NCBI GenBank assembly: GCA_965212055.1
Contig: OZ243041.1
Location: forward strand, 544,001-608,000
Source: Fidelibacterota bacterium
GTDB lineage: Bacteria > Fidelibacterota > Marinisomatia > Marinisomatales > Marinisomataceae
Reading direction: 5' to 3'
DNA length: 64,000 bases
In this document: positions 59,331-64,000 of the stretch, piece after piece
How the letters are laid out: every line of letters begins with the position of its first letter
Position numbering within the stretch: position 1 is the first letter of the stretch
Program-made: the position numbers and the translations under genes
The notes under the pieces: model-generated
What the model saw: the letters and a program-made list of their open reading frames with translations, nothing else
The model's database searches: none
What the model was told of the DNA's origin: nothing

Positions 59331-60330
59331 TTGCGGAAGTTACCTTATTGTATACTTCTTCAGGAACATATGCATCAATCACATCAGGCATAATTTCTTT
59401 CTTAAAATCTTCCCATATTTTTAACTCTTCATCTGTTGGTGTCTTAACTTTCATACCATATTCTTTCATCATTTCAATTGCTTTGGCATCTGTTGTTCTA
59501 CCATTCTCTTGATATTTCTTACCTATTTCTTGTGCTATTTCCATCATCACTTTTTGATGTTCTGGTCGTATTTTTGACCAAACCCTTTCATCAACAATAA
59601 CTGCTCCGATAAAAACAGCCCATTTCAAATCTAACATATTTGGCATTAAAGCAAACCACCCAGAACTCAATGACAATATTGGAACAGTCTGCATACTATT
59701 AATCATCCCAGTCTGTAAACCAGTCAAAATATCTGTCTCTGATACAGGAATTGCATTAAATCCAAATCTCTTGAAGAGTTCAACAGTGACATAGTCTCCA
59801 GCCGTTGTATAAATTTTAGCATTTTTTAAATCTTCTGGAACTGCAATTTCATTCACAGAAAACCAATATACCCAACCAATATCTACTAAGAATAGTAATT
59901 TAAATCCGCTTTCAGATAATCCGTCACTTATATCATCAAACATAACGCTCTTTACTCTCTCTACATCATCATAATCTTTGTAGATCATTGGAATCGTAAA
60001 TGCTTGAATTTTATCTGTTAAATCAGCCAATCCTATTGAAGACATTGCTGAAGCTTGAATCTGACCAATACGCATTTTTCTGATAGTATCACTTTCACGC
60101 CCAACAACACCGTTGGGATAGATTCGAAGCATTACTTGGCCATCTGTTTCCTCTTGCCACCTTTGCCCCATTTCAAGAAGTAGATTGTAGTATTCAGTCC
60201 CTTCAGGTGCGAGAGTTGCAAGTTTTATTACAATAGGCTTGTTGGAAACTACAGCAGGTTTAGATATCAGTACTCCTGAGCAGATAATTAGTAAAAAAAT
60301 AGTTTTAATAAAATTTATCATATTAAACAC
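59320..60330 (-). CDS. dctP: TRAP substrate-binding protein DctP (TatP type)
   Basis: IKLATLAPEGT, IYPNGVVG.E...IRKMRIGQI, PEDLKNAKI. Confidence 0.88.
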   Translation of the reverse strand: MFNMINFIKTIFLLIICSGVLISKPAVVSNKPIVIKLATLAPEGTEYYNLLLEMGQRWQEETDGQVMLRIYPNGVVGRESDTIRKMRIGQIQASAMSSIGLADLTDKIQAFTIPMIYKDYDDVERVKSVMFDDISDGLSESGFKLLFLVDIGWVYWFSVNEIAVPEDLKNAKIYTTAGDYVTVELFKRFGFNAIPVSETDILTGLQTGMINSMQTVPILSLSSGWFALMPNMLDLKWAVFIGAVIVDERVWSKIRPEHQKVMMEIAQEIGKKYQENGRTTDAKAIEMMKEYGMKVKTPTDEELKIWEDFKKEIMPDVIDAYVPEEVYNKVTSAIDE

Positions 60331-61188
60331 TTACATATAGAATAAGTCGTCAATCCTAGTTAATAACCATTTTGCTCTTAACTTAGATAACAAATTGGCT
60401 TGTTTCATATCTTTGTCTGCGTTGATATCCATTGACAAAGCTTTATTAATCAACTCTAGAAAATAATCTTTATCTTGTTTTGCTACGGCAAAACTCTCTG
60501 CTAAAGTAACATAAATACCAATATTATTTCCGTTTGCTGCACGATCAGCAAGCTCGAAGTATTCCAAAGCTTTTTTCTCAGAATCTCTGTCTCCTGTTGT
60601 ATCATTTAAGTATACACTCATCATAGCTGCATATAACGATCCTTTTTCCCAACCAGGCTCAAGAGCAATAGCATTCTCAAGCAACCATTTAATATTCGTT
60701 AAATCAATTAAATAGCTTGGATCCCCTTTACTAGCCGATATAGATCCTGCCATTGCACCGCTAAGCCAATATAAATAAGGAATATCTCTTGTTGTAAAAC
60801 TAATCGACTCTTTATGAATCATTTTAGATTTAAAATCGGGATGCCTTAATGATAATGCGGTCAACATATATTCTCGTGATGTTAGAAAAAGATCAAGAGC
60901 TTCCGAATAATATTCTCTTGCAGTATAGTAATCAGCATACATCAATCTATCTGCTTTATCCATTAAAATTGCATAAGAAAATTGAATTAATCTTTCGGAA
61001 GCTTCTAAGTAAACTGTAGAATTAAAAGAATCTTTCCTAATCTTCTTCTCTTGTGCTTTTGCTGTAAGAGGAATAGTGTACTCAATGATATCTGCTCCAA
61101 ACATTGTACTTCTATTTACAGAACATGCATTGAGAACCAAAATTGAAAAAATCCAAATATATAATTGTCTTCTTTGAAAAATAATCAT
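60331..61188 (-). CDS. TRAP-associated TatT component lipoprotein
   Basis: Lipobox LNAC; DIPYLYWLSGA, cryptic TPRs, YVTLAESFAVAKQD, C-terminal RAKWLL.RIDDLF; upstream of dctP. Confidence 0.8.
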   Translation of the reverse strand: MIIFQRRQLYIWIFSILVLNACSVNRSTMFGADIIEYTIPLTAKAQEKKIRKDSFNSTVYLEASERLIQFSYAILMDKADRLMYADYYTAREYYSEALDLFLTSREYMLTALSLRHPDFKSKMIHKESISFTTRDIPYLYWLSGAMAGSISASKGDPSYLIDLTNIKWLLENAIALEPGWEKGSLYAAMMSVYLNDTTGDRDSEKKALEYFELADRAANGNNIGIYVTLAESFAVAKQDKDYFLELINKALSMDINADKDMKQANLLSKLRAKWLLTRIDDLFYM

Positions 61189-61189
61189 A

Positions 61190-62473
61190 CTAATAAATTG
61201 GAAATGATTTACATAGTTCCTTTACTTCTTTTCTAACAGAATTAATGATATTTTCATCTTCACTATTCATGATCACCTTGTCAATTAAGTTAGCAATAAT
61301 TTTTACTTCTTCCACGCCCATTCCTCTTGTTGTTAAAGCAGGAGATCCAATTCTGACTCCGCTAGTAATAAATGGACTTTTCGGATCGAAGGGTACCATA
61401 TTCTTGTTTAAAGTAATGCCAGCCAAATCTAATGCGTGTTCTGCTTGTTTTCCGGTAATATTCTTGTTCTGAAGATCTAAGAGTATAAGATGTGTATCGG
61501 TACCACCAGAAATAATATTATACCCTCTCGATTTAAATTCTTCAGCAAAACATTGTGCATTATCTAAAACAGATTGGATATATGTTTTAAAACTAGGTTT
61601 TAACGCTTCTTTAAATGCAACAGCTTTTCCTGCAATAACATGCATCAACGGTCCTCCTTGTATGCCTGGCATTACTGCAGCATCTAACAATTCGGACATC
61701 ATCTTCGTTCTTCCTGTTTTTGGAGCAACTATTCCATATGGATTTTCAAAATCTTTTCCCATTAATATAATCCCACCTCTAGGCCCTCTTAATGTCTTAT
61801 GGGTACTAGTTGAAACTACGTGACAATGTGGAAACGGAGAAGGATGTAGTTCTGTCGCAATCAATCCTGCATTGTGACAAATATCTCCATGCAAAAACGC
61901 TCCTACTTCATCAGCTATTTCTCTAAATCTTTCAAATTCAACTTGTCTTGGATAGGCGCTAGCACCACAGATGATTAATTTTGGTTTATGTTCTTTTGCT
62001 TTTTTTAATAAATCGTCAAAATCAATTAATCCGTCATCTTTTTTTACATGAAATGTTACTGCATTATATAATTTTCCAGAAAAGCTAACCTTACTCCCAT
62101 GGGTTAAATGTCCTCCATGGCTAAGATCAAGACCCATAATACAATCTCCAGGATTTAACATTGCCAAATAAACACCCATGTTAGAAGAAGAACCAGAATG
62201 AGGCTGTACATTTGCATAGTCTGCTTTAAATAATTGCTTTGCACGATCAATAGCTAGATTTTCTGCCTCATCAACGTGGATACATCCACCATAATATCTC
62301 TTGCCAGGATACCCTTCAGCGTACTTGTTTGTTAAAGCCGAACCGACAGCTTCTAAGACAGCTCTGCTCGTAAAATTTTCGGAAGCAATGAGTTCTAGGA
62401 AATCATTTTGTCGCTGAACTTCGGAATTAATTATTCCAAAAATATCAGGATCTTGATTTTTCAGATTTGACAC
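61190..62473 (-). CDS. glyA: Serine hydroxymethyltransferase
   Basis: [44 protein letters not shown]. Confidence 0.97.
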   Translation of the reverse strand: MSNLKNQDPDIFGIINSEVQRQNDFLELIASENFTSRAVLEAVGSALTNKYAEGYPGKRYYGGCIHVDEAENLAIDRAKQLFKADYANVQPHSGSSSNMGVYLAMLNPGDCIMGLDLSHGGHLTHGSKVSFSGKLYNAVTFHVKKDDGLIDFDDLLKKAKEHKPKLIICGASAYPRQVEFERFREIADEVGAFLHGDICHNAGLIATELHPSPFPHCHVVSTSTHKTLRGPRGGIILMGKDFENPYGIVAPKTGRTKMMSELLDAAVMPGIQGGPLMHVIAGKAVAFKEALKPSFKTYIQSVLDNAQCFAEEFKSRGYNIISGGTDTHLILLDLQNKNITGKQAEHALDLAGITLNKNMVPFDPKSPFITSGVRIGSPALTTRGMGVEEVKIIANLIDKVIMNSEDENIINSVRKEVKELCKSFPIY

Positions 62474-62477
62474 TTAT

Positions 62478-63821
62478 TTACCAATCGCTTTGTTTAGGCA
62501 AAGATTCACTTGCCCAATCATAACATTTGCCAGCAGCTTTAACTTGCCCCGTAGCTTGCACATCAGGATCCGTCATAAACCAATCAGTATATCCAAATAA
62601 TACCTCATCATTATCTTCAAGCCAGTTTTTTTGTTTGAAATATTTTGAATTTCCTTTTTTCTCTGCTTTTAGAAAATAGCTATATGCCAGGGAAGCGATT
62701 ATCTTATCGGAACGTGAAAAGTTATCGGTTCTACAGGATTGCATTGCTTTATAATATAAATTTCCCATGTGGGATAAAGTTTCTGCATTATTTTTTGAAA
62801 TTTTTAGCGCTTTATTTGCCCAATCATATGCTGCATCAAATTCTTCCATTTGTATATTATTTTCTGATACTAATATCGCAACTCGGTAATTATTACGATC
62901 CAATTTAAATAACTCTTCAAAAATATCAGCAGCATCTTCAAAATCAGAATTTTCACTATAAGCTTTTCCAAGCTTCATATAAATCATACTGTTGTTTCTA
63001 TTATAGTCTAGCGTATTTTCTAGAACATCAATCGCTTCATCCAAATCACCATTATCAACCAATTTCTCTGCATACTCAGTTGCATAAGAAACATTATCTG
63101 TATTGCTTTCATATCTATCTTTGAAAACTTCTAAAGGATCTTCTCCAGCTTCTTCATATGCTCTAGCCAAATCAGATTGTACACCAGAATTGTTTGGATC
63201 AAAAACCAAGATTTTCTTTAAGACTGATATTTGTTCATCGGTTCTTCCCTGTTCTCCATATGCTGATGCTAAATCTCGCAACGAAGTTGTGTCGTCAATT
63301 CCCATATCCATCAAACGTTCGTATTCAATAATCATTTCATCAATTTTATCTTGTTTTTTATATGCGTACGCAAGTCTTTTTATTAACTCAGTATTTTCTG
63401 GAAGCTCTTCCAACCCTTGAACAAGTGCTGCTTCTGCTTTGTCGTATTGACCCAGATATTCTAATGTAACAGCCCAATATAAGTATACGTCATTCGGATT
63501 AACCCAATCTGAATCCCATTCATCGCATCGCAAATTAATCAATTCAGAATATGCATTCGCACTTAGTTCCCAACTACTAGTACTATAATATTGTTGCGCA
63601 CTGCTTGCAAGCTGTGGACATCTATCTTCTCTTTCATCTTCAATAGAATAGGGCCAATAGTCTTCATTATAAATTAGTCGAGTAGCTTCTCTACAATCTA
63701 CTTCTTTTGTTTCAATTCCATTTGAAATTCTTAGTGTTTCCCCTCTCCTACATTGCGCATCAAGTGTACTACAGAAAAAGAGTATGATAATTAACATATT
63801 AGATAAATATCGCTTATTCAT
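62478..63821 (-). CDS. Secreted TPR-repeat protein
   Basis: Signal peptide; multiple TPRs; several Cys; GGAG RBS upstream. Confidence 0.8.
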   Translation of the reverse strand: MNKRYLSNMLIIILFFCSTLDAQCRRGETLRISNGIETKEVDCREATRLIYNEDYWPYSIEDEREDRCPQLASSAQQYYSTSSWELSANAYSELINLRCDEWDSDWVNPNDVYLYWAVTLEYLGQYDKAEAALVQGLEELPENTELIKRLAYAYKKQDKIDEMIIEYERLMDMGIDDTTSLRDLASAYGEQGRTDEQISVLKKILVFDPNNSGVQSDLARAYEEAGEDPLEVFKDRYESNTDNVSYATEYAEKLVDNGDLDEAIDVLENTLDYNRNNSMIYMKLGKAYSENSDFEDAADIFEELFKLDRNNYRVAILVSENNIQMEEFDAAYDWANKALKISKNNAETLSHMGNLYYKAMQSCRTDNFSRSDKIIASLAYSYFLKAEKKGNSKYFKQKNWLEDNDEVLFGYTDWFMTDPDVQATGQVKAAGKCYDWASESLPKQSDW

Positions 63822-63841
63822 GAAAATCAGTCTCCTATCTA

Positions 63842-64000
63842 TTAAATTTCTCTTCTTTTAATAAACCACAAATCTCCAATGCTCAGACCTACACTAAAAA
63901 CTTGCATATTCTCAACACCAGCTTGATAAATACCACTTCTTTGTACAAAATTATATCCAATATCCAGTTGGCTATTAGTTAACCCAAATTTAACACCAAA
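63842..64000 (-). CDS. 3' end of a probable outer-membrane beta-barrel protein (partial)
   Basis: Open frame ...SQLDIGYNFVQR...QVFSVGLSIGDLWFIKRREI* with alternating beta pattern. Confidence 0.6.
   Translation of the reverse strand, partial: FGVKFGLTNSQLDIGYNFVQRSGIYQAGVENMQVFSVGLSIGDLWFIKRREI

Noticed and set aside
1..64000. CRISPR array, prophage, IS or integrase, rRNA, alternative genetic code
   Set aside because: No regularly spaced repeats or recognisable phage, transposase, integrase or rRNA sequence seen; TGA acts as stop in many ATGA overlaps, consistent with code 11.

Overview
AT-rich (roughly 30% GC by eye), densely packed bacterial chromosome segment, mostly on the minus strand. 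Gene content (PorV-family barrel, Flavobacteria-like DnaJ, CADD, TPAT transporter, short intergenic spacers) suggests a streamlined marine FCB-affiliated genome such as Ca. Marinimicrobia; this is inference. Most of the window is housekeeping (lepB, rnhB, recA-cinA-pgpA-pgsA-recR-ybaB-dnaX, apt, tmk, rsmI, cdsA, pyrD, obgE, icd, coaD, rsmD, dnaJ-grpE, ftsEX, nadD, bamD, glyA), plus three tRNAs (Leu-CAA, Val-GAC, Ser-GCT). The best candidate for an undescribed system is a tightly coupled 7-gene operon (31136-37948). It encodes an extended GlmL/MutL-like ASKHA ATPase with no B12 mutase client nearby, a barrel-sandwich/KOW soluble protein, a small protein and four membrane proteins, followed directly by a lysine 6-aminotransferase with a Cys-rich insertion. 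Other points: a CADD-type pABA synthase, an ILVBL/HACL2-like ThDP enzyme, loss of zinc ligands in DnaX and DnaJ, a candidate dnaX slippage site, a gene starting 3 nt after a tRNA, and a duplicated tRNA-Ser 3' end. Caveat: frameshifts in obgE and rlpA and three garbled, duplicated segments (about 7.7-8.3, 22.4-24.2 and 44.4-45.4 kb) indicate consensus or assembly errors, so pseudogene calls here are unreliable.
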